From Auanema rhodensis (Eukaryota > Animalia > Nematoda), in the NCBI GenBank assembly GCA_964057225.1, contig OZ059895.1, positions 10,788,001-10,852,000 of the forward strand: DNA of 64,000 bases, read 5' to 3'. The position numbers and the translations under genes are program-made. Below the pieces are notes generated by a model that saw only the letters and a program-made list of their open reading frames with translations, made no database searches and had not been told where the DNA came from. Below, in pieces: positions 10,701 through 25,700 of the stretch (position 1 is the stretch's first letter; the number at the start of each line of letters is the position of its first letter).

Positions 10701-13700
10701 TCTTCAGTCTTATTTCTATATTACAGTTATGAACCAGTTGTTAATGAACCTTCATGGCTCGGTTAGTAGTTGGATCGGAGACGGCTTGGGAATCCCGGGT
10801 GGAGTAAACTTTTCAAATTTTTTTAACAATCATAACACGTTGAAAGTACGCCATGCAGCTGATTTTTAATTTTATCTCTTCCGTAACAAATGTTTTCAAT
10901 TTTCAAGCAGTTTTACTTAGATAGCTCAACCCAAGGCAGCAAATTATCTTTAATCTTATTTCTATATTACAGTTATGAACCAGTAGTTAATGAACCTTCA
11001 TGGCCCGGTTAGTAGTTGGATCGGAGACGGCTTGGGAATCCAGGGTGGTGTAAGCTTTTCAAATTTTTTTAACAATCATAACACGTTGAAAGTACGCCAT
11101 GCAGCTGATTTTCAATTTTATCTCTTCCGTAATAAATGTTTTCATTTTTCAAGCAGTCTTACTTAGATAGCAAAACCCAAGGCAGCAAATTATCTTTAAT
11201 CTTGATTCTGTATTACAGCTATGAACCAGTAGTTAATGAACCTCCATGGCCGGTTAGTAGTTGGATCGGAGACGGCTTGGAAATCCCGGGTGGCGTAAGC
11301 TTCTCAAATTTTTTTAACAATCATAACACGTTAAAAGTACGCCATGCAGCTGATTTTTAATTTTGTCTCTTCCGTAACAAATTTATTCATTTTTCAAGCA
11401 GTCTTACTTAGATAGCTCAAACCACGGCAGCAAATTATCTTCAATCTTATTTCTATATTACAGTTATGAACCAGTAGTTAATGAACCTTCATGGCCCGGT
11501 TAGTAGTTGGATCGCAGACGGCTTTGGGAATCCCGGATGGCGTAAGCTTTTCAAATTTTTTTAACAATCATAACACGTTGAAAATACGCCATGCAGCTGA
11601 TTTTTAATTTTATCTGTTCCGTAACAAATGTTTTCAATTTTCAAGCAGTTTTACTTAGACAGCTCAACCCAAGGCAGCAAATTATCTTCAGTCTTATTTC
11701 TATATTACAGTTATGAACCAGTTGTTAATGAACCTTCATGGCTCGGTTAGTAGTTGGATCGGAGACGGCTTGGGAATCCCGGATGGCGTAAACTTTTCAA
11801 ATTTTTTTAACAATCATAACATGTTGAAAGTACGCCATGCAGCTGATTTTTAATTTTATCTCTTCCGTAACAAATGTTTCCAATTTTCAAGCAGTTTTAC
11901 TTAGATAGCTCAACCCAAGGCAGCAAATTATCTTTAATCTTATTTCTATATTACAGTTATGAACCAGTAGTTAATGAACCTTCATGGCCCGGTTAGTAGT
12001 TGGATCGGAGACGGCTTGGGAATCCCGGGTGGCGTAAGCTTTTCAAATTTTTTTAACAATCATAACACGTTGAAAGTACGCCATTCAGCTGATTTTCAAT
12101 TTTATCTCTTCCGTAATAAATGTTTTCAATTTTCAAGCAGTCTTACTTAGATAGCAAAACCCAAGGCAGCAAATTATTTTTAATCTTGATTCTATATTAC
12201 AGCTATGAACCAGTAGTTAATGAACCTCCATGGCCGGTTAGTAGTTGGATCGGAGACGGCTTGGGAATCCCGGGTGGCGTAAGCTTTTCAAATTTTTTTA
12301 ACAATCATAACACGTCAAAAGTACGCCATGCAGCTGATTTTTAATTTTGTCTCTTCCGTAACAAATTTATTCAATTTTCAAGCAGTTTTACTTACATAGC
12401 TCAAACCACGGCAGCAAATTATCTTCAGTCTTATTTCTATATTACAGTTATGAACCAGTTGTTAATGAACCTTCATGGCCCGGTTAGTAGTTGGCTCGGA
12501 GACGGCTTGGGAATCCCGGATGGCGTAAACTTTTCAAATTTTTTTAACAATCATAACACGTTGAAAATACGCCATGCAGCTGATTTTTAATTTTATCTGT
12601 TCCGTAACAAATGTTTTCAATTTTCAAGCAGTTTTACTTAGACAGCTCAACCCAAGGCAGCAAATTATCTTCAGTCTTATTTCTATATTACAGTTATGAA
12701 CCAGTTGTTAATGAACCTTCATGGCTCGGTTAGTAGTTGGATCGGAGACGGCTTGGGAATCCCGGATGGCGTAAACTTTTCAAATTTTTTTAACAATCAT
12801 AACATGTTGAAAGTACGCCATGCAGCTGATTTTTAATTTTATCTCTTCCGTAACAAATGTTTCCAATTTTCAAGCAGTTTTACTTAGATAGCTCAACCCA
12901 AGGCAGCAAATTATCTTTAATCTTATTTCTATATTACAGTTATGAACCAGTAGTTAATGAACCTTCATGGCCCGGTTAGTAGTTGGATCGGAGACGGCTT
13001 GGGAATCCCGGGTGGCGTAAGCTTTTCAAATTTTTTTCAACAATCATAACACGTTGAAAGTACGCCATTCAGCTGATTTTCAATTTTATCTCTTCCGTAA
13101 TAAATGTTTTCAATTTTCAAGCAGTCTTACTTAGATAGCAAAACCCAAGGCAGCAAATTATTTTTAATCTTGATTCTATATTACAGCTATGAACCAGTAG
13201 TTAATGAACCTCCATGGCCGGTTAGTAGTTGGATCGGAGACGGCTTGGGAATCCCGGGTGGCGTAAGCTTTTCAAATTTTTTTAACAATCATAACACGTC
13301 AAAAGTACGCCATGCAGCTGATTTTTAATTTTGTCTCTTCCGTAACAAATTTATTCAATTTTCAAGCAGTTTTACTTACATAGCTCAAACCACGGCAGCA
13401 AATTATCTTCAGTCTTTTTTCTATATTACAGTTATGAACCAGTTGTTAATGAACCTTCATGGCCCGGTTAGTAGTTGGATCGGAGACGGTTTGGGAATCC
13501 CGGATGGCGTAAACTTTTCAAATTTTTTTAACAATCATAACACGTTGAAAGTACGCCATGCAGCTGATTTTTAATTTCATCTCTTCCGTAACAAATGTTT
13601 CCAATTTTCAAGCAGTTTTACTTAGATAACTCAACCCAAATCAGCAAATTATCTTTAATCTTATTTCTATATTACAGTTATGAACCAGTAGTTAATGAAC

Positions 13701-16700
13701 CTTCATGGCCCGGTTAGTAGTTTGATCGGAGACGGCTTGGGAATCCCGGGTGGTGTAAGCTTTTCAAATTTTTTTAACAATCATAACACGTTGAAAGTAC
13801 GCCATGCAGCTGATTTTCAATTTTATCTCTTCCGTAATAAATGTTTTCATTTTTCAAGCAGTCTTACTTAGATAGCAAAACCCAAGGCAGCAAATTATCT
13901 TTAATCTTGATTCTATATTACAGCTATGAACCAGTAGTTAATGAACCTCCATGGCCGGTTAGTAGTTCGATCGCAGACGGCTTGGGAATCCCGGGTGGCG
14001 TAAGCTTTTCAAATTTTTTTAACAATCATAACACGTTAAAAGTACGCCATGCAGCTGATTTTTAATTTTGTCTCTTCCGTAACAAATTTATTCAATTTTC
14101 AAGCAGTTTTACTTAGATAGCTCAAACCACGGCAGCAAATTATCTTCAATCTTATTTCTATATTACAGTTATGAACCAGTAGTTAATGAACCTTCATGGC
14201 CCGGTTAGTAGTTGGATCGCAGACGGCTTTGGGAATCCCGGATGGCGTAAGCTTTTCAAATTTTTTTAACAATCATAACACGTTGAAAATACGCCATGCA
14301 GCTGATTTTTAATTTTATCTGTTCCGTAACAAATGTTTTCAATTTTCAAGCAGTTTTACTTAGACAGCTCAACCCAAGGCAGCAAATTATCTTCAGTCTT
14401 ATTTCTATATTACAGTTATGAACCAGTTGTTAATGAACCTTCATAGCCCGGTTAGTAGTTGAATCGGAGACGGCTTGGGAATCCCGGGTGGCGTAAGCTT
14501 TTTAAATTTTTTTAACAATCATAACACGTTGAAAGTACGCCATTCAGCTGATTTTCAATTTTATCTCTTCCGTAACAAATGTTTCCAATTTTCAAGCAGT
14601 TTTACTTAGATAGCTCAACCCAAGGCAACAAATTATCTTTAATCTTATTTCTATATTACAGTTATGAACCAGTAGTTAATGAACCTTCATGGCCCGGTTA
14701 GTAGTTGGATCGGAGACGGCTTGGGAATCCCGGGTGGCGTAAGCTTTTCAAATTTTTTTAACAATCATAACACGTTGAAAGTACGCCATTCAGCTGATTT
14801 TCAATTTTATCTCTTCCGTAATAAATGTTTTCAATTTTCAAGCAGTCTTACTTAGATAGCAAAACCCAAGGCAGCAAATTATTTTTAATCTTGATTCTAT
14901 ATTACAGCTATGAACCAGTAGTTAATGAACCTCCATGGCCGGTTAGTAGTTGGATCGGAGACGGCTTGGGAATCCCGGGTGGCGTAAGCTTTTCAAATTT
15001 TTTTAACAATCATAACACGTCAAAAGTACGCCATGCAGCTGATTTTTAATTTTGTCTCTTCCGTAACAAATTTATTCAATTTTCAAGCAGTTTTACTTAG
15101 ATAGCTCAAACCACGGCAGCAAATTATCTTCAGTCTTATTTCTATATTACAGTTATGAACCAGTTGTTAATGAACCTTCATGGCCCGGTTAGTAGTTGGA
15201 TCGGAGACGGTTTGGGAATCCCGGATGGCGTAAACTTTTCAAATTTTTTTAACAATCATAACACGTTGAAAGTACGCCATGCAGCTGATTTTTAATTTCA
15301 TCTCTTCCGTAACAAATGTTTCCAATTTTCAAGCAGTTTTACTTAGATAACTCAACCCAAATCAGCAAATTATCTTTAATCTTATTTCTATATTACAGTT
15401 ATGAACCAGTAGTTAATGAACCTTCATGGCCCGGTTAGTAGTTTGATCGGAGACGGCTTGGGAATCCCGGGTGGTGTAAGCTTTTCAAATTTTTTTAACA
15501 ATCATAACACGTTGAAAGTACGCCATGCAGCTGATTTTCAATTTTATCTCTTCCGTAATAAATGTTTTCAATTTTCAAGCAGTCTTACTTAGATAGCAAA
15601 ACCCAAGGCAGCAAATTATTTTTAATCTTGATTCTATATTACAGCTATGAACCAGTAGTTAATGAACCTCCATGGCCGGTTAGTAGTTGGATCGGAGACG
15701 GCTTGGGAATCCCGGGTGGCGTAAGCTTTTCAAATTTTTTTAACAATCATAACACGTCAAAAGTACGCCATGCAGCTGATTTTTAATTTTATCTGTTCCG
15801 TAACAAATGTTTTCAATTTTCAAGCAGTTTTACTTAGACAGCTCAACCCAAGGCAGCAAATTATCTTCAGTCTTATTTCTATATTACAGTTATGAACCAG
15901 TTGTTAATGAACCTTCATAGCCCGGTTAGTAGTTGAATCGGAGACGGCTTGGGAATCCCGGGTGGCGTAAGCTTTTTAAATTTTTTTAACAATCATAACA
16001 CGTTGAAAGTTCGCCATGCAGCTGATTTTCAATTTTATCTCTTCCGTAATAAATGTTTTCATTTTTCAAGCAGTCTTACTTAGATAGCAAAACCCAAGGC
16101 AGCAAATTATCTTTAATCTTGATTCTATATTACAGCTATGAACCAGTAGTTAATGAACCTCCATGGCCGGTTAGTAGTTTGATCGGAGACGGCTTGGGAA
16201 TCCCGGGTGGTGTAAGCTTTTCAAATTTTTTTAACAATCATAACACGTTGAAAGTACGCCATTCAGCTGATTTTCAATTTTATCTCTTCCGTAATAAATG
16301 TTTTCAATTTTCAAGCAGTCTTACTTAGATAGCAAAACCCAAGACAGCAAATTATTTTTAATCTTGATTCTATATTACAGCTATGAACCAGTAGTTAATG
16401 AACCTCCATGGCCGGTTAGTAGTTGGATCGGAGACGGCTTGGGAATCCCGGGTGGCGTAAGCTTTTCAAATTTTTTTAACAATCATAACACGTCAAAAGT
16501 ACGCCATGCAGCTGATTTTTAATTTTGTCTCTTCCGTAACAAATTTATTCAATTTTCAAGCAGTTTTACTTAGATAGCTCAAACCACGGCAGCAAATTAT
16601 CTTCAGTCTTATTTCTATATTACAGTTATGAACCAGTTGTTAATGAACCTTCATGGCCCGGTTAGTAGTTGGATCGGAGACGGTTTGGGAATCCCGGATG

Positions 16701-19700
16701 GCGTAAACTTTTCAAATTTTATTAACAATCATAACACGTTGAAAGTACGCCATGCAGCTGATTTTTAATTTCATCTCTTCCGTAACAAATGTTTCCAATT
16801 TTCAAGCAGTTTTACTTAGATAACTCAACCCAAATCAGCAAATTATCTTTAATCTTATTTCTATATTACAGTTATGAACCAGTAGTTAATGAACCTTCAT
16901 GGCCCGGTTAGTAGTTTGATCGGAGACGGCTTGGGAATCCCGGGTGGTGTAAGCTTTTCAAATTTTTTTAACAATCATAACACGTTGAAAGTACGCCATG
17001 CAGCTGATTTTCAATTTTATCTCTTCCGTAATAAATGTTTTCATTTTTCAAGCAGTCTTACTTAGATAGCAAAACCCAAGGCAGCAAATTATCTTTAATC
17101 TTGATTCTATATTACAGCTATGAACCAGTAGTTAATGAACCTCCATGGCCGGTTAGTAGTTGGATTGCAGACGGCTTGGGAATCCCGGGTGGCGTAAGCT
17201 TTTCAAATTTTTTTAACAATCATAACACGTTAAAAGTACGCCATGCAGCTGATTTTTAATTTTGTCTCTTCCGTAACAAATTTATTCAATTTTCAAGCAG
17301 TTTTACTTAGATAGCTCAAACCACGGCAGCAAATTATCTTCAATCTTATTTCTATATTACAGTTATGAACCAGTAGTTAATGAACCTTCATGGCCCGGTT
17401 AGTAGTTGGATCGGAGACGGCTTTGGGAATCCCGGATGGCGTAAGCTTTTCAAATTTTTTTAACAATCATAACACGTTGAAAGTACGCCATGCAGCTGAT
17501 TTTTAATTTTATCTGTTCCGTAACAAATGTTTTCAATTTTCAAGCAGTTTTACTTAGACAGCTCAACCCAAGGCAGCAAATTATCTTCAGTCTTATTTCT
17601 ATATTACAGTTATGAACCAGTTGTTAATGAACCTTCATAGCCCGGTTAGTAGTTGAATCGGAGACGGCTTGGGAATCCCGGGTGGCGTAAGCTTTTTAAA
17701 TTTTTTTAACAATCATAACACGTTGAAAGTACGCCATGCAGCTGATTTTTAATTTTGTCTCTTCTGTAATAAATGTTTTCAATTTTCAAACAGTTTTACT
17801 TAGATAGCTCAAACCACGGCAGCAAATTATCTTCAATCTTATTTCTATATTACATTTATGAACCAGTAGTTAATGAACCTTCATGGCCCGGTTAGTAGTT
17901 GGATCGGAGACAGCTTAGGAAACCCTGGTGCTGTAAGCTTCTCAAATTTTTTTAACAATCATAACACGTTGAAAGTACGCCATGCAGCTGATTTTTAATT
18001 TTGTCTCTTCCGTAACAAATTTATTCAATTTTCAAGCAGTTTTACTTAGATAGCTCAAACCACGGCAGCAAATTATCTTCAATCTTATTTCTATATTACA
18101 GTTATGAACCAGTAGTTAATGAACCTTCATGGCCGGTTAGTAGTTGGATCGGAGACGGCTTGGGAATCCCGGGTGGCGTAAGCTTTTCAAATTTTTTTAA
18201 CAATCATAACACGTTAAAAGTACGCCATGCAGCTGATTTTTACTTTTATCTCTTCCGTAATAAATGTTTTCAATTTTCAAGCAGTCTTACTTAGATAGCA
18301 AAACCCAAGGCAGCAAATTATCTTTAATCTTGATTCTATATTACAGCTATGAACCAGTAGTTAATGAACCTCCATGGCCGGTTAGTAGTTGAATCGGAGA
18401 CGGCTCGGGAATCCCGGGTGGCGTAAGCTTTTCAAATTTTTTTAACAATCATAACACGTTGAAAGTACGCCATTCAGCTGATTTTCAATTTTATCTCTTC
18501 CGTAATAAATGTTTTCAATTTTCAAGCAGTCTTACTTAGATAGCAAAACCCAAGGCAGCAAATTATCTTTAATCTTGATTCTATATTACAGCTATGAACC
18601 AGTAGTTAATGAACCTCTATGGCCGGTTAGTAGTTGGATCGCAGACGGCTTGGGAATCCCGGGTGGCGTAAGCTTTTCAAATTTTTTTAACAATCATAAC
18701 ACGTTAAAAGTACGCCATGCAGCTGATTTTTAATTTTGTCTCTTCCGTAACAAATTTATTCAATTTTCAAGCAGTTTTACTTAGATAGCTCAAACCACGG
18801 CAGCAAATTATCTTCAATCTTAATTCTATACTACAGTTATGAATCAGTGGTTAATGAACCTTTATGGCCCGGTTAGTAGTTGGATCGGAGACGGCTTGGA
18901 AATCCCGGGTGGCGTAAGCTTTTCAAATTTTTTTAACAATCATAACATGTAAAAAGTACGCCATGCAGCTGATTTTTAATTTTGTCTCTTCTGTAATAAA
19001 TGTTTTCAATTTTCAAACAGTTTTACTTAGATAGCTCAAACCACGGCAGCAAATTATCTTCAATCTTATTTCTATATTACATTTATGAACCAGTAGTTAA
19101 TGAACCTTCATGGCCCGGTTAGTAGTTGGATCGGAGACAGCTTAGGAAACCCTGGTGCCGTAAGCTTCTCAAATTTTTTTAACAATCATAACACGTTGAA
19201 AGTACGCCATGCAGCTGATTTTTAATTTTGTCTCTTCCGTAACAAATTTATTCAATTTTCAAGCAGTTTTACTTAGATAGCTCAAACCACGGCAGCAAAT
19301 TATCTTCAATCTTATTTCTATATTACAGTTATGAACCAGTAGTTAATGAACCTTCATGGCCGGTTAGTAGTTGGATCGGAGACGGCTTGGGAATCCCGGG
19401 TGGCGTAAGCTTTTCAAATTTTTTTAACAATCATAACACGTTGAAAGTACGCCATGCAGCTGATTTTTAATTTTGTCTCTTCCGTAACAAATTTATTCAA
19501 TTTTCAAGCAGTTTTACTTAGATAGCTCAAACCACGGCAGCAAATTATCTTCAATCTTGATTCTATATTACAGCTATGAACCAGTAGTTAATGAACCTCC
19601 ATGGCCGGTTAGTAGTTGGATCGGAGACGGCTCGGGAATCCCGGGTGGCGTAAGCTTTTCAAATTTTTTTAACAATCATAACACGTTGAAAGTACGCCAT

Positions 19701-22700
19701 TCAGCTGATTTTCAATTTTATCTCTTCCGTAATAAATGTTTTCAATTTTCAAGCAGTCTTACTTAGATAGCAAAACCCAAGGCAGCAAATTATCTTTAAT
19801 CTTGATTCTATATTACAGCTATGAACCAGTAGTTAATGAACCTCCATGGCCGGTTAGTAGTTGGATCGCAGACGGCTTGGGAATCCCGGGTGGCGTAAGC
19901 TTTTCAAATTTTTTTAACAATCATAACACGTTAAAAGTACGCCATGCAGCTGATTTTTAATTTTGTCTCTTCCGTAACAAATTTATTCAATTTTCAAGCA
20001 GTTTTACTTAGATAGCTCAAACCACGGCAGCAAATTATCTTCAATCTTATTTCTATATTACAGTTATGAACCAGTTGTTAATGAACCTTCATGGCCCGGT
20101 TAGTAGTTGAATCGGAGACGGCTTGGGAATCCCGGGTGGCGTAAGCTTTTTAAATTTTTTTAACAATCATAACACGTTGAAAGTACGCCATGCAGCTAAT
20201 TTTTAATTTTGTCTCTTCCGTTACAAATTTATTCAATTTTCAAACACTTTTACTTAGATAGCAAAACCCAAGGCAGCAAATTATCTTTAATCTTGATTCT
20301 ATATTACAGCTATGAACCAGTAGTTAATGAACCTTTATGGCCCGGTTAGTAGTTGGATCGGAGACAGCTTGGAAATCCCGGGTGGCGTAAGCTTTTCAAA
20401 TTTTTTTAACAATCATAACATGTTAAAAGTACTCCATGCAGCTGATTTTCAATTTTATCTCTTCCGTAATAAATGTTTTCAATTTTCAAGCAGTCTTACT
20501 TAGATAGCAAAACCCAAGGCAGCAAATTATCTTTAATCTTGATTCTATATTACAGCTATGAACCAGTAGTTAATGAACCTCCATGGCCGGTTAGTAGTTG
20601 GATCGCAGACGGCTTGGGAATCCCGGGTGGCGTAAGCTTTTCAAATTTTTTTAACAATCATAACACGTTAAAAGTACGCCATGCAGCTGATTTTTAATTT
20701 TGTCTCTTCCGTAACAAATTTATTCAATTTTCAAACAGTTTTACTTAGATAGCTCAACCCACGGCAGCAAATTATCTTTAATCTTATTTCTATACTACAG
20801 TTATGAATCAGTGGTTAATGAACCTTTATGGCCCGGTTAGTAGTTGGATCGGAGACAGCTTGGAAATCCCGGGTGGCGTAAGCTTTTCAAATTTTTTTAA
20901 CAATCATAACATGTTAAAAGTACTCCATGCAGCTGATTTTTAATTTTGTCTCTTCCGTTACAAATTTATTCAATTTTCAAACACTTTTACTTAGATAGCA
21001 AAACCCAAGGCAGCAAATTATCTTTAATCTTGATTCTATATTACAGCTATGAACCAGTAGTTAATGAACCTCCATGGCCGGTTAGTAGTTGGATCGGAGA
21101 CAGCTTAGGAAACCCGGGTGCCGTAAGCTTCTCAAATTTTTTTAACAATCATAACACGTTGAAAGTACGCCATGCAGCTGATTTTTAATTTTGTCTCTTC
21201 CGTAACAAATTTATTCAATTTTCAAGCAGTTTTACTTAGATAGCTCAAACCACGGCAGCAAATTATCTTTAATCTTATTTCTATATTACAGTTATGAACC
21301 AGTAGTTAATGAACCTTCATGGCCCGGTTAGTAGTTGGATCGGAGACGGCTTGGGAATCCCGGGTGGCGTAAGCTTTTCAAATTTTTTTAACAATCATAA
21401 CACGTTGAAAGTACGCCATTCAGCTGATTTTCAATTTTATCTCTTCCGTAATAAATGTTTTCAATTTTCAAGCAGTCTTACTTAGATAGCAAAACCCAAG
21501 GCAGCAAATTATCTTTAATCTTATTTCTATATTACAGTTATGAACCAGTAGTTAATGAACCTTCATGGCCCGGTTAGTAGTTGGATCGGAGACGGCTTGG
21601 GAATCCCGGGTGGTGTAAGCTTTTCAAAATTTTTTTAACAATCATAACACGTTGAAAGTACGCCATGCAGCTGATTTTCAATTTTATCTCTTCCGTAATA
21701 AATGTTTTCATTTTTCAAGCAGTCTTACTTAGATAGCAAAACCCAAGGCAGCAAATTATCTTTAATCTTGATTCTATATTACAGCTATGAACCAGTAGTT
21801 AATGAACCTCCATGGCCGGTTAGTAGTTGGATCGCAGACGGCTTGGGAATCCCGGGTGGCGTAAGCTTTTCAAATTTTTTTAACAATCATAACACGTTAA
21901 AAATACGCCATGCAGTTGATTTTTAATTTTGTCTCTTCCGTAACAAATTTATTCAATTTTCAAGCAGTTTCACTTAGATAGCTCAAACCACGGCAGCAAA
22001 TTATCTTCAATCTTATTTCTATATTACAGTTATGAACCAGTAGTTAATGAACCTCCATGGCCGGTTAGTAGTTGGATCGGAGACAGCTTAGGAAACCCGG
22101 GTGCCGTAAGCTTCTCAAATTTTTTCAACAATCATAACACGTTGAAAGTACGCCATGCAGCTGATTTTTAATTTTGTCTCTTCCGTAACAAATTTATTCA
22201 ATTTTCAAGCAGTTTTACTTAGATAGCTCAAACCACGGCAGCAAATTATCTTCAATCTTATTTCTATATTACAGTTATGAACCAGTAGTTAATGAACCTT
22301 CATGGCCCGGTTAGTAGTTGGATCGGAGACGGCTTTGGAATCCCGGGTGGCGTAAGCTTTTCAAATTTTTTTAACAATCATAACACGTTGAAAGTACGCC
22401 ATGCAGCTGATTTTTACTTTTATCTGTTCCGTAACAAATGTTTTCAATTTTCAAGCAGTTTTACTTAGATAGCTCAACCCAAGGCAGCAAATTATCTTCA
22501 GTCTTATTTCTATATTACAGTTATGAACCAGTAGTTAATGAACCTTCATGGCCCGGTTAGTAGTTGGATCGGAGACGGCTTGGAAATCCCGGGTGGTGTA
22601 AGCTTTTCAAATTTTTTTAACAATCATAACACGTTGAAAGTACGCCATGCAGCTGATTTTTAATTTTATCTCTTCCGTAACAAATTTATTCAATTTTCAA

Positions 22701-25700
22701 GCAGTTTTACTTAGATAGCTCAACCCAAGGCAGCAAATTATCTTTAATCTTGATTCTATATTACAGCTATGAACCAGTAGTTAATGAACCTCCATGGCCG
22801 GTTAGTAGTTGAATCGCAGACGGCTTGGGAATCCCGGGTGGCGTAAGCTTTTCAAATTTTTTAACAATCATAACACGTTAAAAATACGCCATGCAGTTGA
22901 TTTTTAATTTTGTCTCTTCCGTAACAAATTTATTCAATTTTCAAGCAGTTTTACTTAGATAGCTCAACCCAAGGCAGCAAATTATCTTCAGTCTTATTTC
23001 TATATTACAGTTATGAACCAGTTGTTAATGAACCTTCATGGCCCGGTTAGTAGTTGGATCGGAGACGGCTTGGGAATCCCGGGTGGCGTAAGCTTTTCAA
23101 ATTTTTTTAACAATCATAACACGTTGAAAGTACGCCATTCAGCTGATTTTCAATTTTATCTCTTCCGTAATAAATGTTTTCAATTTTCAAGCAGTCTTAC
23201 TTAGATAGCAAAACCCAAGGCAGCAAATTATCTTTAATCTTATTTCTATATTACAGTTATGAACCAGTAGTTAATGAACCTTCATGGCCCGGTTAGTAGT
23301 TGGATCGGAGACGGCTTGGAAATCCCGGGTGGTCTAAGCTTTTCAAATTTTTTTAACAATCATAACACGTTGAAAGTACGCCATGCAGCTGATTTTTAAT
23401 TTTATCTGTTCCGTAACAAATGTTTTCAATTTTCAAGCAGTTTTACTTAGACAGCTCAACCCAAGGCAGCAAATTATCTTCAGTCTTATTTCTATATTAC
23501 AGTTATGAACCAGTTGTTAATGAACCTTCATGGCCCGGTTAGTAGTTGAATCGGAGACGGCTTGGGAATCCCGGGTGGCGTAAGCTTTTCAAATTTTTTT
23601 AACAATCATAACACGTTAAAAGTACGCCATGCAGCTGATTTTTACTTTTATCTCTTCCGTAATAAATGTTTTCAATTTTCAAGCAGTCTTACTTAGATAG
23701 CAAAACCCAAGGCAGCAAATTATCTTTAATCTTGATTCTATATTACAGCTATGAACCAGTAGTTAATGAACCTCCATGGCCCGGTTAGTAGTTGGATCGG
23801 AGACGGCTTTGGGAATCCCGGATGGCGTAAGCTTTTCAAATTTTTTTAACAATCATAACACGTTAAAAGTACGCCATGCAGCTGATTTTTACTTTTATCT
23901 CTTCCGTAATAAATGTTTTCAATTTTCAAGCAGTCTTACTTAGATAGCAAAACCCAAGGCAGCAAATTATCTTTAATCTTGATTCTATATTACAGCTATG
24001 AACCAGTAGTTAATGAACCTCCATGGCCGGTTAGTAGTTGGATCGGAGACGGCTCGGGAATCCCGGGTGGCGTAAGCTTTTCAAATTTGTTTAACAATCA
24101 TAACACGTTGAAAGTACGCCATTCAGCTGATTTTCAATTTTATCTCTTCCGTAATAAATGTTTTCAATTTTCAAGCAGTCTTACTTAGATAGCAAAACCC
24201 AAGGCAGCAAATTATCTTTAATCTTGATTCTATATTACAGCTATGAACCAGTAGTTAATGAACCTCCATGGCCGGTTAGTAGTTGGATCGCAGACGGCTT
24301 GGGAATCCCGGGTGGCGTAAGCTTTTCAAATTTTTTTAACAATCATAACACGTTAAAAGTACGCCATGCAGCTGATTTTTAATTTTGTCTCTTCCGTAAC
24401 AAATTTATTCAATTTTCAAGCAGTTTTACTTAGATAGCTCAAACCACGGCAGCAAATTATCTTCAATCTTATTTCTATATTACAGTTATGAACCAGTAGT
24501 TAATGAACCTTCATGGCCGGTTAGTAGTTGGATCGGAGACGGCTTGGGAATCCCGGGTGGCGTAAGCTTTTCAAATTTTTTTAACAATCATAACACGTTA
24601 AAAGTACGCCATGCAGCTGATTTTTAATTTTGTCTCTTCCGTAACAAATTTATTCAATTTTCAAGCAGTTTTACTTAGATAGCTCAAACCACGGCAGCAA
24701 ATTATCTTTAATCTTGATTCTATATTACAGCTATGAACCAGTAGTTAATGAACCTTCATGGCCCGGTTAGTAGTTGGATCGCAGACGGCTTGGGAATCCC
24801 GGGTGGCGTAAGCTTTTCAAATTTTTTTAACAATCATAACACGTTGAAAGTACGCCATTCAGCTGATTTTCAATTTTATCTCTTCCGTAATAAATGTTTT
24901 CAATTTTCAAGCAGTTTTACTTAGATAGCTCAAACCACGGCAGCAAATTATCTTCAATCTTATTTCTATATTACAGTTATGAACCAGTTGTTAATGAACC
25001 TTCATGGCCCGGTTAGTAGTTGGATCGGAGACGGCTTGGGAATCCCGGGTGGTGTAAGCTTTTTAAATTTTTTTAACAATCATAACACGTTGAAAGTACG
25101 CCATGCAGCTAATTTTTAATTTTGTCTCTTCTGTAATAAATGTTTTCATTTTTCAAGCAGTCTTACTTAGATAGCAAAACCCAAGGCAGCAAATTATCTT
25201 TAATCTTGATTCTATATTACAGTTATGAATCAGTGGTTAATGAACCTTTATGGCCCGGTTAGTAGTTGGATCGGAGACGGCTTCGAAATCCCGGGTGGCG
25301 TAAGCTTTTCAAATTTTTTTAACAATCATAACATGTTAAAAGTACTCCATGCAGCTGATTTTTAATTTTGTCTCTTCCGTAACAAATTTATTCAATTTTC
25401 AAACACTTTTACTTAGATAGCAAAACCCAAGGCAGCAAATTATCTTTAATCTTGATTCTATATTACAGCTATGAACCAGTAGTTAATGAACCTCCATGGC
25501 CGGTTAGTAGTTGGATCGGAGACAGCTTAGGAAACCCGGGTGCCGTAAGCTTCTCAAATTTTTTCAACAATCATAACACGTTGAAAGTACGCCATGCAGC
25601 TGATTTTTAATTTTGTCTCTTCCGTAACAAATTTATTCAATTTTCAAGCAGTTTTACTTAGATAGCTCAAACCACGGCAGCAAATTATCTTCAATCTTAT

